This document shows positions 13,501 to 27,256 of a stretch of DNA of 64,000 nucleotides, piece by piece. The notes beneath the pieces are model-generated. The model made no database searches. It was given only the letters and a program-made list of their open reading frames with translations, and was not told the DNA's origin. Numbering within the stretch: position 1 is the first letter of the stretch; each line of letters opens with the position of its first letter. The position numbers and the translations under genes are program-made. The stretch is from Macrostomum lignano (taxonomy: Eukaryota), in contig NIVC01000648.1 in NCBI GenBank assembly GCA_002269645.1, positions 62,001-126,000 on the forward strand. The letters are read 5' to 3'.

Positions 13501-14200
13501 TAAGTTGAACAGAAACATTTTAATGCATTTTTAAAACCAAGGCTCACTAATTGTCTCTTAACCCCCCAGCTTAAACCCTCCAACCGCGCCTTTCCACACT
13601 ACTCCCTACCCCTCCCCAATTTTATTGCCTTTCTCTGAATTCCAGTCTGAAGCTGCCATGTACATTTCAGTGGACTGGCCAATGTACATTATGGCTGAAC
13701 CAATTAGCAAGCTGTTTACGCCTGCAAGCTTGAACTTCTAAACTTATCAAAGTCATTTCAGCTGCCTTTATTTCTATAAAATTGCTTATGTACTCTTCTT
13801 TGCTACTGAACTGAAAGTAGAAAGCTGTTTTACTAAGTATATGTATATGTGCCCTTAGTGTCTTTAGTATCTGTGATCTAAACCGATCAAGACTCTGAAA
13901 TACAAGCAACACCAATCTCACCTGTTGCTCCTGACTAGCACTACTAGCCTGGCTGTCAGCTGCCTGTTGCCCAGTGATAACAATGTCAATATTTTTTGCC
14001 CGATCTTTTTTGTCAATCGATTCAGCTTTTGCTCGTCGAATGCTGGCGGGACCGAATCCGCCGCCGCCACCATTGTCACTATTGTCAGCAAAAGAGTTAC
14101 TGGAATCGGCTGAGTTTAAATAATAAAAGTACATAGCCGAGGCAAATATCCAAACCAGAAAGAAGCCCAGCATCCATCGGCGACACGAACGGCGAAACAT
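10525..14200 (-). CDS. GALNT2: Polypeptide N-acetylgalactosaminyltransferase, GALNT2/pgant2-like
   Basis: Exons 14200-13922 (type II TM anchor), ~13244-12891 (5' boundary ambiguous), 11952-11335 and 11061-10525, with GT-AG junctions in phase 0. Motifs: [23 protein letters not shown] (DxH), DVWGAEN, VGHVFR, and a C-terminal ricin-type lectin with GGNQEW. Confidence 0.93.
12255..12875. repeat. Degenerate GATGGATC-based minisatellite in the GALNT intron
   Basis: Repeats of TGGTGATGGATCCAGTATGATGATGGATCTAATA-type units. Confidence 0.9.
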
Positions 14201-17200
14201 GATTGCTTCTGCCTGTTCCTCACCAGCTTAGGGTGGCTTAGCTGACAGACTTCAGCTGATTGACAGTTTATGGTATTATAATTATCTGTGCTAGAGTTTT
14301 ATTTGGTACATTGAGCTGAAGTAAGCGTTTTTTAATGCATGTAAAACATAAAGCTAAATACACAAAGCATGAGAAAAAATGCACATACAAATTTACACTG
14401 CTTATTTACAAGAGCAAATGAAGTTCCTGCATACAAATGACTTTTTGCAAAGTTGGCATACACATTCATACCATGTTTGGTATACAAATTGTGGTAGACA
14501 AAAAGTATATGTAATTTTGAAGTGCATATTAATTTTATATAAATAAAATGTATTTATGGATGCTTGCTATCTAGGTTGCTTTCTATCTGGGAAAGCTTAC
14601 TATTAGGGAGATACTTGCTATCTGCAGGATGCTTATTGTCTTAGGGATGTTTTCCATTTAGAGGGAATGCCTGCTATCTTTGTGAAGGCTTTATTTTACT
14701 GTTTTTTTGCTACTTTTAGTAAAAAAGATTCATAGCAAAAAATTTTGTTGTGACATCTATATACTATTTTACTCAAAAAGGCAATTTATAAAACTGAAAA
14801 AAGAATTAGTTTTTTCTCTAAAGAAAAGCCATAGGCCTATACCTATTAGAAGTTGGACAAGATAAGATCTTGATCTCATGATTGATATTTAAGATTTACT
14901 TTTTTCTAATCAAATCTCAATCAAATCTTGATTTTAAAAAGTGCCAACAATCTGAGATATAAAAAATAAGCTAAAATAAAGAGCTTTAGGTTGAATACCA
15001 AAATTATGAATACAATATAGATTACTTAGATATTAATACAAGTATATTGAATCTAAAATTCAAATTAGTGCCAAAATTGAACTCATTTTAATTTTTAGTG
15101 TTACTTATGTTAGGGATTCAGCCAAGAGTTTAGATAAATAATTATGCTATCAAAATCATATTTTTTTACAAATTAGAGGCTATGTTTTTAATGGAAGTAT
15201 ACAAATTTCATTTTTTAAATATATCAAATAATTAAAAAATAGAACTGTTATTTTTTGTTTTGGCTTTCTTCTCTTTAAATTAAGTATTTCAATTTTCAAG
15301 GTCTCAATTGAATCTTATATTGGATTGTCAAATAATAATAAAACTAGTGATGGATACAAATATTTTGATTTGGAATCCAAATCTGAAAAAGTCTCACTTC
15401 TTAGAAATCCAAATGTTTTGGATTTGGAAATTTTATTTTTTAAATTTCCAAATATGCTTCCAAATATGAAAAAAATCAAAACAACTAAACAAAATTATGC
15501 AAACATAAAAGAAATAGAACTTTTAAAACAAGAAAGTAAATTTTAAAAATGAGAATGCAAAATTTAATGTCATATTGCTTGTTTCTTTACAATTTATCTA
15601 TTTTTGCAGTAATGTAGAGGCCTATATTTTAAAAAATTGTTATTAAGTAAAGTTATTTAACTTGGGACCTTTGAAGCATTTAGCCTAAAGTTGAAAAAAC
15701 AGTTTTAATTAACCATTGTTTAAGTGTAACCATTACTATTTTTTTTTCAAAATGTAAATGCAATGGACTTTACATGCATTATACATAGTAAAGTCATCAA
15801 ATTGCAAAAACATAATATCAGTTAGCATTAGTGATTGGAATTAGTTAGATTAGATATATAAGAATTAAGTTCAATTCTAAGTTCAATTCAATTTAGATAC
15901 TAAATAAATTTAATATAAGCCCAAGATAGATTGAATCTTATCAGTAAATTAAAATGTAGCACTAATACAATTACTAATTAGGTGATGAGGCATTTTTGTC
16001 ACTGAAAGATGGCATAGTTACTCTCACCATTTACCTTTCACTTTTTGTCTACATTTGGAAGCACATTCGGATATTTGGATTCTGATTCTAATTTTTTTGT
16101 ACATTTGGATTAAGTTTTAGAAACTTGCAAAAATCTATATTTAGTCCATCATTAATTAAAATCTTTTCAAAAATTCAATATTGTCTAGCTTCTATTATAT
16201 ACAAATATTTAGTCTATTGGTTGATACTAATAGGCCTACTAGTTGATTTTTTTGTTTATTATGTAGGGATTACTTCTGTCCTTATAAATAATCTTACAAT
16301 GCCACCAGCTATTACAGGGGTTATTTCTTTTAGGCACTGTCTATGCTATTCTTATACTCTTCTAAAGATATTATTCTCTCAGTCCTAGGCATTCCTAAGA
16401 TCAGAGGGTCATAGCTTACTTGCTATGTATTCCGCCCTAAGGTGGGTTTTTCAGACTGAGTCTAGACTTCTTTACCCTATGGTAGGATTCTTGCTTTCTA
16501 AAGGCAATTTCTTGGATACTAGATCTGGATTTCTCATTTTTCTGAAAATGGTTTGAACTCTCCCAATTTTGGGGCTTTTTAGGCCCCTAGTGCTTCTACC
16601 TAAATAACTAAGTCAGTAAGTATTGAACAAGGCTTCAATTTTGAGATATTAGAATAATTTCAAGCTTGAAGCAAGTAGCAGACAAGTTGGTTTCTTCTTT
16701 CTTTTCAAATACAATAGGCCTACTTTCTAAGAAAACGAGCAATGCTAAATAAGGCCCATTTCAATTAGGCCTATATTAGTTTTCCTAAAAAACAAGTTAG
16801 ACATTTTTAAAAACTAAGCTTCAGAAAGGAGGTGCAATTCCTTACTTGGCCTAGCCCTGTAGCTGTATAGAATTGAATTTGATTGCAATTTAGTAAATAA
16901 AAAATTATCAAAAATAAATGGGCTTATTATTTATATATAGACCCTAGTAGGTTATTAATATAAGTATATAAAAAGTTCAATTTTGTTAGATAAATAGGGG
17001 CCTAATTAAGTATGAATTCAATGATTGAGAACCACAACATCCAGTATTGCAACTGAGATGCAACACATAACATCCATTAATAGGAACAAAACTCTAGTTC
17101 TAGACTTTCTAAGCTTGCATCTCAGTTACATACGCCTATAAAACTTGTGCCTAAGATTTATGCCTAAGCCTATGAAGACTTAGACTAGGGCCTAGGTCTA

Positions 17201-19069
17201 GGTCTAGGAGCTTAATAAATAAAGTATATTATTCAAAATTTAAATTAAATTTCCTGTCAAGCAATATAGCAATTTGCTTGGGCAATTTGTTTAGGCCTAC
17301 CTAAATGCTGTAAACATAAAAATCGCAACCTTCCGAATGGCAACACTTCTAATGATAATTTTCTGCGCGATTTTATTTATTTAGTTAGACCTATTCAAAA
17401 AACATTGGTCAACTCAACTGCTTCGCCAGTTCGCTTTAAAAGTGAGTCTATTACTACAAACGTGAGTGAAAGGGGGAGTTTATTTTTTGAAATATAACTA
17501 ATACAATACATAAGGGTTCCGGTTCATCACTGTTCTGTATCAGTATTAGCCAATTTCTAAGCCTCGTTTCGTGTAAATCTGTGGCAGGCGGATGCCACTA
17601 TTGATTTGAAGTTCGAAACGGTGACAAATTTTGCCTGTCGGAACTGCCCGTGTGGTGCTCCTTGTTTGCCCTCCAGAGTCTGGATTTGCGTCCATTGCGT
17701 TTTCCATTGTATTTTCCACGCGGTGCGCGTTCGTTCCCAGGTGCTGGTTCATTTGTTGGAATGCGCTCCCCACGGTTTATTTTTGCTCTATCCAGCGCTT
17801 GTACAGTGCGCATCCATTGCTTAGTCCCGTCACTGCTCCAGCGGGAGAGCTACTTTTACCTGTTATATAAACCCTACCTTTTGGTGCGATAATGTAAGTG
17901 TGAGTTTTTCCCCTCTGCTCGACTCTGGCTCTGTTTTAAACATCTTCCTCTGCACATTTCTCTCGTTTAACCAGTTTATAATTACCCGGCGCCGCCGACG
18001 AATTACACTCGCTCGTAGTCATTAATATTTTAATAATAATTAGTAAGCCTGCTCAATTCCATCTTAAGGAACATTTAATAAACGATAAGCCCCATTTATT
18101 CATTAAACTATAAGCCATAGTATTTATTTGAGTCATTTGCCCGTGGGGCGTAAAACAACCAAGTTCTCATCTCAAAGATAGCTCTGAGACTTATCCGTTC
18201 CGTAATACGTAAATTACGGTGGTGGCAGCAACTACCCTACTGAAAGTAACAAACTCAGCTATTCGACGCATTATTTTACGGAGTCAGGAATCTCCGATTA
18301 CAGTGTTTCATCGATTTGAACGACCTCGCCGCTACACGACTGCTCCGCTACGATTACGACTACCCTCCCCCGGAACTTGAGGACCCCGGCTGTCGGAGTA
18401 AAAAGGAGAAAAAATTTTCCTGTTGAGATTCGTCTGCGCGATTTTCCGGTTTTAATCGTGCGAACTCAACATTCGGCGGCAATTCAAACGAGGAATCCGC
18501 CCCACCTCACTGGAGTCAGTAAATTTTCAAAACCGACCAAATTCCAAGAGAAAATCTTCTCCACCCCCACCTCATAACTCTTCGCGGAGCCGCGGGTCCA
18601 ACTTGCAACTTGTGCACAGTTTAAATGAACTTAATAGTTAAAACAAATCAACAATAGTTTCTATCAAACCAACCAATCTAATTAAAGTATCACTTTTTAG
18701 ACAGAATATTGCTAAAATTTCATACTAACAGCTTTCAAAAGCTTTATTTTGTATCAAAAGCACTGTTTTTTCAAGGCTTTAATTCTTGTTTTCTGGTTAA
18801 GTCTATTGTTTGTTACGTGTGTTGAATAATGGCAGAAAATTGCAACTTTCAAACTTTGGCAACGTTTTCAGTATGAGTGATCTGAGATTTTATGTTAAGT
18901 ATTTCATGCAATATTCAATACACTGGTCCGATTTAGAAAAATCCCTACTCGCCGTTCTTTTCCAGACTTATAGTGAGATCTGAGTATACATATCTGCTTG
19001 TAACACACGGAATTGTACCATGCCAATTGAAATTTTGTGACTTTATTGTATTCCAGGGCATATGACGAT

Positions 19070-19246
19070 GGCGACATTTGGCCGACGTTCCCGACGTCTA
19101 TCGACGTCGATGACAAATATGTGCTTAATTGTATTACATCGACGGATAACGACAACATGTGTCGGCTGAATGTCGTTGTAATGCAAAAGTACATATATTT
19201 TTTAATCAACATCGATAGACGTCGCGGAACGTCGGCCGACGTCGCC
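19070..19246. repeat. Short imperfect inverted repeat (possible small MITE)
   Basis: GGCGACATTTGGCCGACGTTCCCGACGTCTATCGA at 19070 is the near reverse complement of ATCGATAGACGTCGCGGAACGTCGGCCGACGTCGCC ending at 19246. Confidence 0.6.
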
Positions 19247-20205
19247 GAAAGTCGGATTGCTGCGGGAATGGGACACACTGTGTTTGTAATAGACTGAATC
19301 ATATTCAGCTCACTATATATCATAATAAAAGTTTTGGCTTATTGATACGCAAGCTTGTGTTTACATTTACTTCCACAAATGTCACTAAAATATGCATGTA
19401 CATAAAAAAAACATGTACATCATGAATCTGTTATCTTACTTAACTTGGAAACATCGAAGCCGCTTGCCGCCTTCTTTCAGTAGCCTATTCTAATTATTAT
19501 CGTAGTCCATGTTCGGTTTAGGTTGCACCAAATATTATTCATGGATAGCTTTGGCTTCCACAACCCAGATAAAACCCCCACCAGTCGACACTTATACAAT
19601 ACATGTATGATGAGATCCACCACTTAAGACTCAACGCACCACAAACTGCGATATATAGATCTTCATTTTAAATGAAATTTTGCACTGGAAAGCCTCTAAA
19701 TGCAAACGCAAAATTTAAAAGTAAGTATACTACATGTAAGTAGATGAACGAGAAACCTATATATAAAAAGGAAACGAATCCAGTGCCAGCTAGCACTAAG
19801 CTACTACTAGTACGAACGGATCAGTAGTGTACAAGAGTCCTAGCTAGAATGAAAAAAAGTCAAAGATGCTGTAAACTAAACAATGTTACGAGTAAATGTA
19901 CTGCCCCTTTTCCGAACCGTACCAATGTTAGTGGTGTTCAGCCGATCCTATTAAAACAAAAATACAGTCGAACAAGCTAATCCGATTAAAGAAATTGCAA
20001 TTGCTAGCACAATACAGGTGTACGTAGGGTTCTACCTTCTAACAATTATAAACTCCCAATCCAAGCTATTTAACGTCATTCAAGATATCCACCTACAAAA
20101 AACAAAAACAAAACATTACAAGTGCAAGTATACTTTTGCGACTGAAAAACCTGATGACAAGATATATTTGAGCAGTCAGTTGTTTTTAGCTACGATCTTT
20201 ATGGC

Positions 20206-22866
20206 CTAGTTCCTGTTCTCCAGCCACTCCAGAACCTTCACCAGCAGATCCCTGGCGATGCCAGAAGCCTCCTGCACCAGCCTCTTGGCCAACTCGATAG
20301 CGGCCTGCTTGCCGTGCTCAGCCAGCTCCCTCAGGATGGCCTTGATCTGCTCCATGTCGATACCGATGATGTCCAGGATGTAGGCGTCGTCGTTGCGGTT
20401 CTCCAGCCACTCCAGAACCTTCACCAGCAGATCCCTGGCGATACCAGAAGCCTCCTGCAGCAGTCTCTTGGCCAGCTCGATAGCAGCCTGCTTGCCGTGC
20501 TCAGCCAGCTCCCTCAGGATGGCCTTGATCTGCTCCATGTCGATACCGATGATGTCCAGGATGTAGGCGTCGTCGTTGCGGTTCTCCAGCCACTCCAGAA
20601 CCTTCACCAGTAGATCCTTGGCGATGCCAGAAGCCTCCTGCAGCAGCCTCTTGGCCAGCTCGATAGCAGCCTGCTTGCCGTGCTCAGCCAGCTCCCTCAG
20701 GATGGCCTTGACCTCCTCGATGTTGATACCGATGATGTCCAGGATGTAGGCGTCGTCGTTGCGGTTTTCCAGCCACTCGAGGACACGGATGAGGATGTCC
20801 TTCAAAGCTCCCTGGGCCTCCTGCAGCAGTCTTTTGGCCAGCTCGATAGCAGCCTGCTTGCCGTGCTCAGCCAGCTCCCTCAGGATAGCCTTGACCTGCT
20901 CGATGTCGATACCGATGATGTCCAGGATATAGGCGGACCTCTGACGCTCCAGGATCTCGAGCACCTTGATGAGGATGTCCTTCAGGGCTCCTTGAGCGTG
21001 CTCCAGCATCCTCTTGGCCAGCTCGATAGCGGCGTCCATACCGTTCTGAGCGAGCTCCCTCAGGATGGCCTTGACCTCTTCGATGTTGATGCCGATCAGA
21101 TCAAGAATGAACGGGCTCTTGTGAACTCCGAGCTTTCCCTCGATCTCCAGAATAATGATCTTCTCCATAAGTCTCATGAGCATATCCTTCATAATTCCCT
21201 GAGCTCCATCCATGAGCTCTTGAACCAGTTTCTTCGCAGCCTCAGTACCCTCCTCTCTTAGAGTCTCCATAATGCGATCGATGATAGACTGCTCATCAAA
21301 AGCCTGAATAGATTCGTTGCGATTCTCGAGCCACTCCAGAACCTTCACCAGTAGATCTTTGACAATGCCAGAAGCCTCCTGGATCATCTTCTTGGCCAGC
21401 TCAATAGCGGCCTGCTTGCCGTGCTCAGCCAGCTCCCTCAGGATAGCCTTGACCTCCTCGATGTTAATACCGATGATGTCCAGGATGTAGGCGTCGTGGT
21501 TGCGGTTCTGCAGCCACTCGAGTACCCGAATGAGGATGTCCTTCAGAGCACCTTCGACGACCTCCTGCAGCAGCTTCTTGGCCAGCTCGATAGCGGCCTG
21601 CTTGCCGTGCTCAGCCAGCTCCCTCAGGATGGCCTTGACCTGCTCGATGTCGATACCGATGATGTCCAGGATGTAGGCGGACCTCTGACGCTCCAGGATC
21701 TCGAGCACCTTGATGAGGATGTCCTTAAGAGCTCCTTGGGCTTCCTCCAGCATCCTCTTGGCCAGCTCGATAGCGGCCTGCTTGCCGTGCTGAGCGAGCT
21801 CCCTCAGGATGGCCTTGACCTCCTCCACGTCGATGCCGATCAGGTCCAGGATGAAAGCGTCGTCGTTGCGGTTCTCCAGCCACTCCAGAACCTTCACCAG
21901 CAGATCCCTGGCGATGCCAGAAGCCTCCTGCAGCAGTCTCTTGGCCAGCTCGATAGCGGCCTGCTTGCCGTGCTCAGCCAGCTCCCTCAGGATGGCCTTG
22001 ATCTGCTCCATGTCGATACCGATGATGTCCAGGATGTAGGCGTCGTCGTTGCGGTTCTCCAGCCACTCCAGAACCTTCACCAGCAGATCCTTGGCGATGC
22101 CAGATGCCTCCTGCAGCAGTCTCTTGGCCAACTCGATAGCGGCCTGCTTGCCGTGCTCAGCCAGCTCCCTCAGGATGGCCTTGATCTGCTCCATGTCGAT
22201 ACCGATGATGTCCAGGATATAGGCGGACCTCTGACGCTCCAGAATTTCGAGGACCTTGATGAGGATGTCCTTCAGGGCTCCTTGAGCGTGCTCCAACATC
22301 CTCTTGGCCAGCTCGATAGCGGCGTCCATACCGTTCTGAGCGAGCTCCCTCAGGATGGCCTTGACCTCCTCGACGTCAATGCCGATCAGGTCGAGAATGA
22401 ATGCGTCGTCATTGCGGTTCTCCAGCCACTCGAGGACACGGATGAGGATGTCCTTCAGAGCTCCCTGGGCCTCCTGCAGCAGCTCTTGGCCAGCTCGATA
22501 GCGGCCTGCTTGCCGTGCTCAGCCAGCTCCCTCAGGATGGCCTTGACCTGCTCGATGTCGATACCGATGATGTCCAGATGTAGGCGGACCTCTGACGCTC
22601 CAGGATCTCGAGCACCTTGATGAGGATGTCCTTCAGAGCTCCCTGAGCGTGCTGCAACATCTTTTTGGCCAGCTCGATAGCGGCCTGCTTTCCGTTCTGA
22701 GCGAGCTCCCTCAGGATGGCCTTGACCTCCTCCACGTCGATGCCGATCAGGTCCAGGATGAAAGCGTCGTCGTTGCGGTTCTCCAGCCACTCCAGAACCT
22801 TCACCAGTAGATCCTTGCAATGCCAGAAGCCTCCTGCACCAGCCTCTTGCCAGCTCGATAGCGGCC
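20206..22866 (-). CDS. Helical-repeat polyprotein, copy B (5' end lost in the gap; at least 14 full units plus a partial)
   Basis: 707-aa open frame of ILDIIGID..KAILRELAEHGKQAAIELAK..KVLEWLENR units. The same repeats continue to the gap edge through four single-base deletions at ~22483, ~22577, ~22817 and ~22848. Stop at 20206. Confidence 0.85.
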
Positions 22867-23312
22867 NNNNNNNNNNNNNNNNNNNNNNNNNNNNNNNNNN
22901 NNNNNNNNNNNNNNNNNNNNNNNNNNNNNNNNNNNNNNNNNNNNNNNNNNNNNNNNNNNNNNNNNNNNNNNNNNNNNNNNNNNNNNNNNNNNNNNNNNNN
23001 NNNNNNNNNNNNNNNNNNNNNNNNNNNNNNNNNNNNNNNNNNNNNNNNNNNNNNNNNNNNNNNNNNNNNNNNNNNNNNNNNNNNNNNNNNNNNNNNNNNN
23101 NNNNNNNNNNNNNNNNNNNNNNNNNNNNNNNNNNNNNNNNNNNNNNNNNNNNNNNNNNNNNNNNNNNNNNNNNNNNNNNNNNNNNNNNNNNNNNNNNNNN
23201 NNNNNNNNNNNNNNNNNNNNNNNNNNNNNNNNNNNNNNNNNNNNNNNNNNNNNNNNNNNNNNNNNNNNNNNNNNNNNNNNNNNNNNNNNNNNNNNNNNNN
23301 NNNNNNNNNNNN
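22867..23312. other. Assembly gap (446 N)
   Basis: Run of N. Confidence 1.
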
Positions 23313-24088
23313 CGCTGTCGCGCAGTTGCAGGTTCGCGACTCGATTCTCTTGCTGGGCGGCCTGCACGGCAGACTGCTGAGGTGGTCGCGCGCGACCAGC
23401 TAAAATTTGAAGAATTGTCGGAAGCATTTTTGCATTCTAATTAAAAAACTATAAGCATTCTATTGGAAGCTCACACCCAGAGCCCAGTGAGAGAGCTAAT
23501 TGCCTTTGAAAGCGACGCAAATTAAGCGAAAAACACAGAAATCTTAATGCTGAGAAACTCGGGAAAAGGGGGAATGAATCCGAAATGGCTGGTGCTTCAA
23601 ACAGCCGTCGCAAAGCCGTCAGTTTTGCGTGATCGACAAGTTTTACTGCCTTAACTTTTCGTTCTCTTTGTACATTGTACATCCGTCGTGCGAATTGATG
23701 GCTAAACTGATGGTGATGAAAATGAGCCTCAAATCCTGGCTAGATAATGATATGTTAGATAATTCATTTCACGAAACATAAAAACGTCAATCAATATGCC
23801 GACGTCGGTTATGGCTCAAAAACCAAATACCGCAGTACTCTCTTATAGCTTTCCAGACAAGCAGAAGAACGGCGAGGTGTGCAATTCTGCCAAGCGTTTG
23901 TAATTGTTCTAAAAATAAAATTGTGCGCTTGAGAAAGTCTCAAACACGCTTGATCTGTAAAAACTTCAACTAGGCGTTTGTGTCTGGGATTCTGGAACCC
24001 ATCCAGAATGCTAGGTTTCCGGCATCACATACTCTATAGACTGAGGGTTTGCATCCTTTTTGCATTTTAACATTAAAATCGGGCAAAT

Positions 24089-24357
24089 CAGTGGCGTCGC
24101 CACCGGGGGGACATGTTCCCCCAGTAAAAGCTATGGGAGGACATACCAATGCTTTGTCCCCCACCCCACCTTGGGACCCGTTGTGGAAATCAAAAAAAAT
24201 TTCTTCAGGACGCCAAAATGAGTGCCTTTGGCGCCAAAATGAGCGCTGACAACACCAACTCTCAAAATAATGGACACGTAGGAATTTAGTCATGTACGTG
24301 TACATGTTGAATTCTTGGCTTTGTCGCTCCACCATAAAATCCATGGCGATGCCCCTG
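24089..24357. mobile_element. hAT-type MITE, copy 1
   Basis: Termini CAGTGGCGTCGCCA and TGGCGATGCCCCTG; flanks GGGCAAAT/GGACAGAT (6 of 8 match, decayed TSD); body similar to 28719-29072. Confidence 0.7.
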
Positions 24358-26157
24358 GGACAGATGTCTACAAAAAGCTCTCTTTGTACTTTGCGGCGAT
24401 AAAAAAATTCAGATTCATTAGCTACTACTTAAAATAGTAGCTACAACAGACAGACCATCATCAAGCTCTGAGTTTTGTCAAAGACTGAGAGCTAGCATAA
24501 TTCAATGAAGCGTCAATAAATGTGGATTCAATTCAATTTATAATTCATAATTCAATAAATTGATACCGTCTGACTGGAGCATAATTCGGTGTTTAGTTAT
24601 CAATTGTCAGTAACATTTGTAGCACTGATGTTTTCAACCTTTTTCATGTATAAATTTCAAGTTCGGATGTCCAATTCTAGCCTCGCTTGCCTTTGAGTCG
24701 AGTTTCCCGGTCAGATCAATTAAGGTTATCATACAAAGCAATGGCAAATGTGGCAAACTGCAGTAACTACGTGTCAGAGGGCAAGCCTGACGATTTTGTG
24801 TCTCATACCACTTCGCTTATCAGTTGCGCATGTTCCTTACATGCAATAAGTGAGCGATTGACAAGTTTCCAATATACAAAAACTATGGCGTGAAGTTTTT
24901 GCAGAATATTTTAAGCGGGGAAGAATTCACGTCCTCGAGCATTAGCGTTTAGCGTGCTAGCGCACCCGTTCCAGTACATGTTGTACTGTAAATCGCATTT
25001 TACTACATGTATGCATGCGGCACCATTCAAGGACAAGAGCTACCTTTTCATGCCAAAATTAATAGGATTTTAAATACTTTTGAGATAGGCCACTCATTGA
25101 ATTCTAAGAAGCCAGAGAATCTCATGTGAATTTGGCGAAAGCACCGGTTGTTAAACTACTGAACTCAATTTAACGAGCGTATATATGCATTGTTATCGTA
25201 GTTTAATCGCATTCAGAAAATATACTCAGCAACATTGAAAAGTCGCCACTCTATGCGCCAATGAGCAATTTCTCTTGGACTATTCTGAAATAAACTCTGA
25301 AACTGAGGCGTAGCTTTAATCCATCTAACCCTCACACACCGCGATCCCCCGACTTCATTCCTCAACTCAAGTCTGCCGTGGCGTAGCTAAGTTGCGTCAC
25401 TCGCAAAGATTGAGAGACTACCTGCACTCTAGAAAGTGACGACCACAGACGGAATCTTCTGTGATGGCGACTTTTCAATGTTGCTGCAGAGTATACTTTT
25501 AAAACGTGACGAAATCACGAAAACTATGAATACAAGCCGTGTCAACCAGTCTAGCATGTCAAGCGTGACAAAACCGTTTACAAGCTTGTTCGTCGTTTTC
25601 TTTCGTGCTCTCGCAGATCTGACAGCTTTTGCTTCCAAACAGACTTTTCCGACTTTAGTCGCTGCCTCAACTGCAACCGCATTCGTACTATCGTTACACC
25701 CTCCGTTCTTGGACACGCGCATCTCAAAGTTAGATAGCCATGCTCATGTATGAAAGAATCCTTCATCCGAAGGCCATGCTTCTTTTCAGTTGAATAACAA
25801 AACAACGTCGATGTCCAAAAAGCTATTTAATTTAAAGCTCAGTACTACTGGTAGGTTTTTTGCCAAATCAAACAACTCACTGTCTAATTTGTCCTGTCGC
25901 GACTTTCTGAATCATTTCTAAGTTCATCTGCACTTGTCTATGTTTACTCTGTTTTCTTTCCCTCTCTAGTCTAGTTCAATCTTGTTCCTTTTATCTCTCT
26001 CCCTTACTGCCTTCTGATTGGCTCTTCAATCTCCCTTTTTTCAATAGTCGCACACTCCACCCCTCCTTGTCTTATCTTGAACTCAACCCCTCCCCCTTAG
26101 TTTGACATAAATACATGTATACCCGTTTAGGCCTGCACCCCACTTGCAGCTATTTTA

Positions 26158-26572
26158 ACTCTATGAAAATCGCCCGCCGAGGTTTGCCCGCAGTGCTTTT
26201 TTATGCATTTAGCCATGCGGTAGATTTTTTCTACATTGCCCCCCCCCAATCTTAGAAAATCTTAAGACAAATCTTAGAGATTTAGTATAGGTGGATAAAG
26301 AGATTTTAGGGGACAAAGCTACATGGCATATGCATGCATGAATTATAATAACTCACAGATGTACCCCTGTGGCCTGTATGTATATAGAAATGAAAACCTA
26401 CAAGAAAAATAAGAATTTGATATGCAGTTACTATCGAAACGTTTTGATCGGGTAAATCTCTTTATTAATTAAAACTTACTAAAGATTTAGGGAGAAAAAA
26501 TCTGCCGCGTGGCAAAATGCAGAAAAAAAGCAATGCGGGCAAACCTCGGCGGGCAATTCTCATTGAACTAGT
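26158..26572. mobile_element. MITE-like element with ~75-bp imperfect terminal inverted repeats
   Basis: CGCCCGCCGAGGTTTGCCCGCAGTGCTTTTTT near 26171 pairs with AAAAAAAGCAATGCGGGCAAACCTCGGCGGGCA near 26524-26556; no clear TSD. Confidence 0.7.
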
Positions 26573-26903
26573 TTTTATAGACAAATTTTATACAGAGCCT
26601 ACCATGTGTCCCAAAAATCTACCATTTAATTGACTCTTGTTTGACACTCCTACGCCGTAATCTCTAAACTATGCTGCATACCGATAGAAAACATCTATAA
26701 ATTTCATCTACATTCGATTCGAGCACCGGCTACAGCAGCTATAGCCCATGAAAATTGGCAGAACTAATTAACCTTGCACATAGACAGATGAAGACCATAG
26801 CCAGCATCTTCCAGATCGGATTGCATTCCTTCTATGGTGTCCACATCCCATTTGCAATTGCTATTTATTAAGTGTATATATCTCGCCCATTTCAATTTCA
26901 ATC

Positions 26904-27210
26904 GGGGTTGTAGCTTAGTGCTTAGTGGACTCACGACTGAAAGGTCGGGGGTTCTATTCTCGGCCTCATTCGGAACAATTGGTGTGTTCTTGAGCAAGGC
27001 ACTTAACTCTGCATTGCTTCAGTTCACCCAACTGTAAAATGGGTGCCAGAATTAGCTGGGGTAATAGAGGGTGTGTGTGGCGACCCCCGCAGTCCTTGGA
27101 CTGAACAGCCGTACGCAGCCTTCAGATGTGCACGCAATAGCTGCGGCTGAGCTTTCGGTTGCACATCTGCCCATTTAGCAAGTGTAATCGAATATTATTA
27201 ATAATTATTA
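26904..27210 (+). mobile_element. tRNA-derived CORE-type SINE
   Basis: A-box-like TAGCTTAGTGC (26911) and B-box-like GGTTCTATTCT (26950). CORE-like block GTGTTCTTGAGCAAGGCACTTAAC..CAGTT..CTGTAAAATGGG (26984-27043). 3' stem CAGATGTGCA/TGCACATCTG and an (ATT)n tail. Confidence 0.75.
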
Positions 27211-27256
27211 CAAATATTTTAATTATACTGCGAGATATCTACCCGATCGTCAATAT

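Noticed and set aside
17400-18600. GC-richer island with several short overlapping ORFs
   Set aside because: No recognisable domain, consistent splice structure or element termini; could be a regulatory or repeat remnant but unsupported.
22716-23444. ORFs spanning the N run
   Set aside because: Artefacts of translating the gap.
25429-25745. Minus-strand ORF containing GKVCL as a possible resolving-Cys exon of the peroxiredoxin
   Set aside because: It lacks the Pro/Trp of GEVCPxxW, the only in-frame acceptors are poor (GAG), and there is no other Prx similarity.
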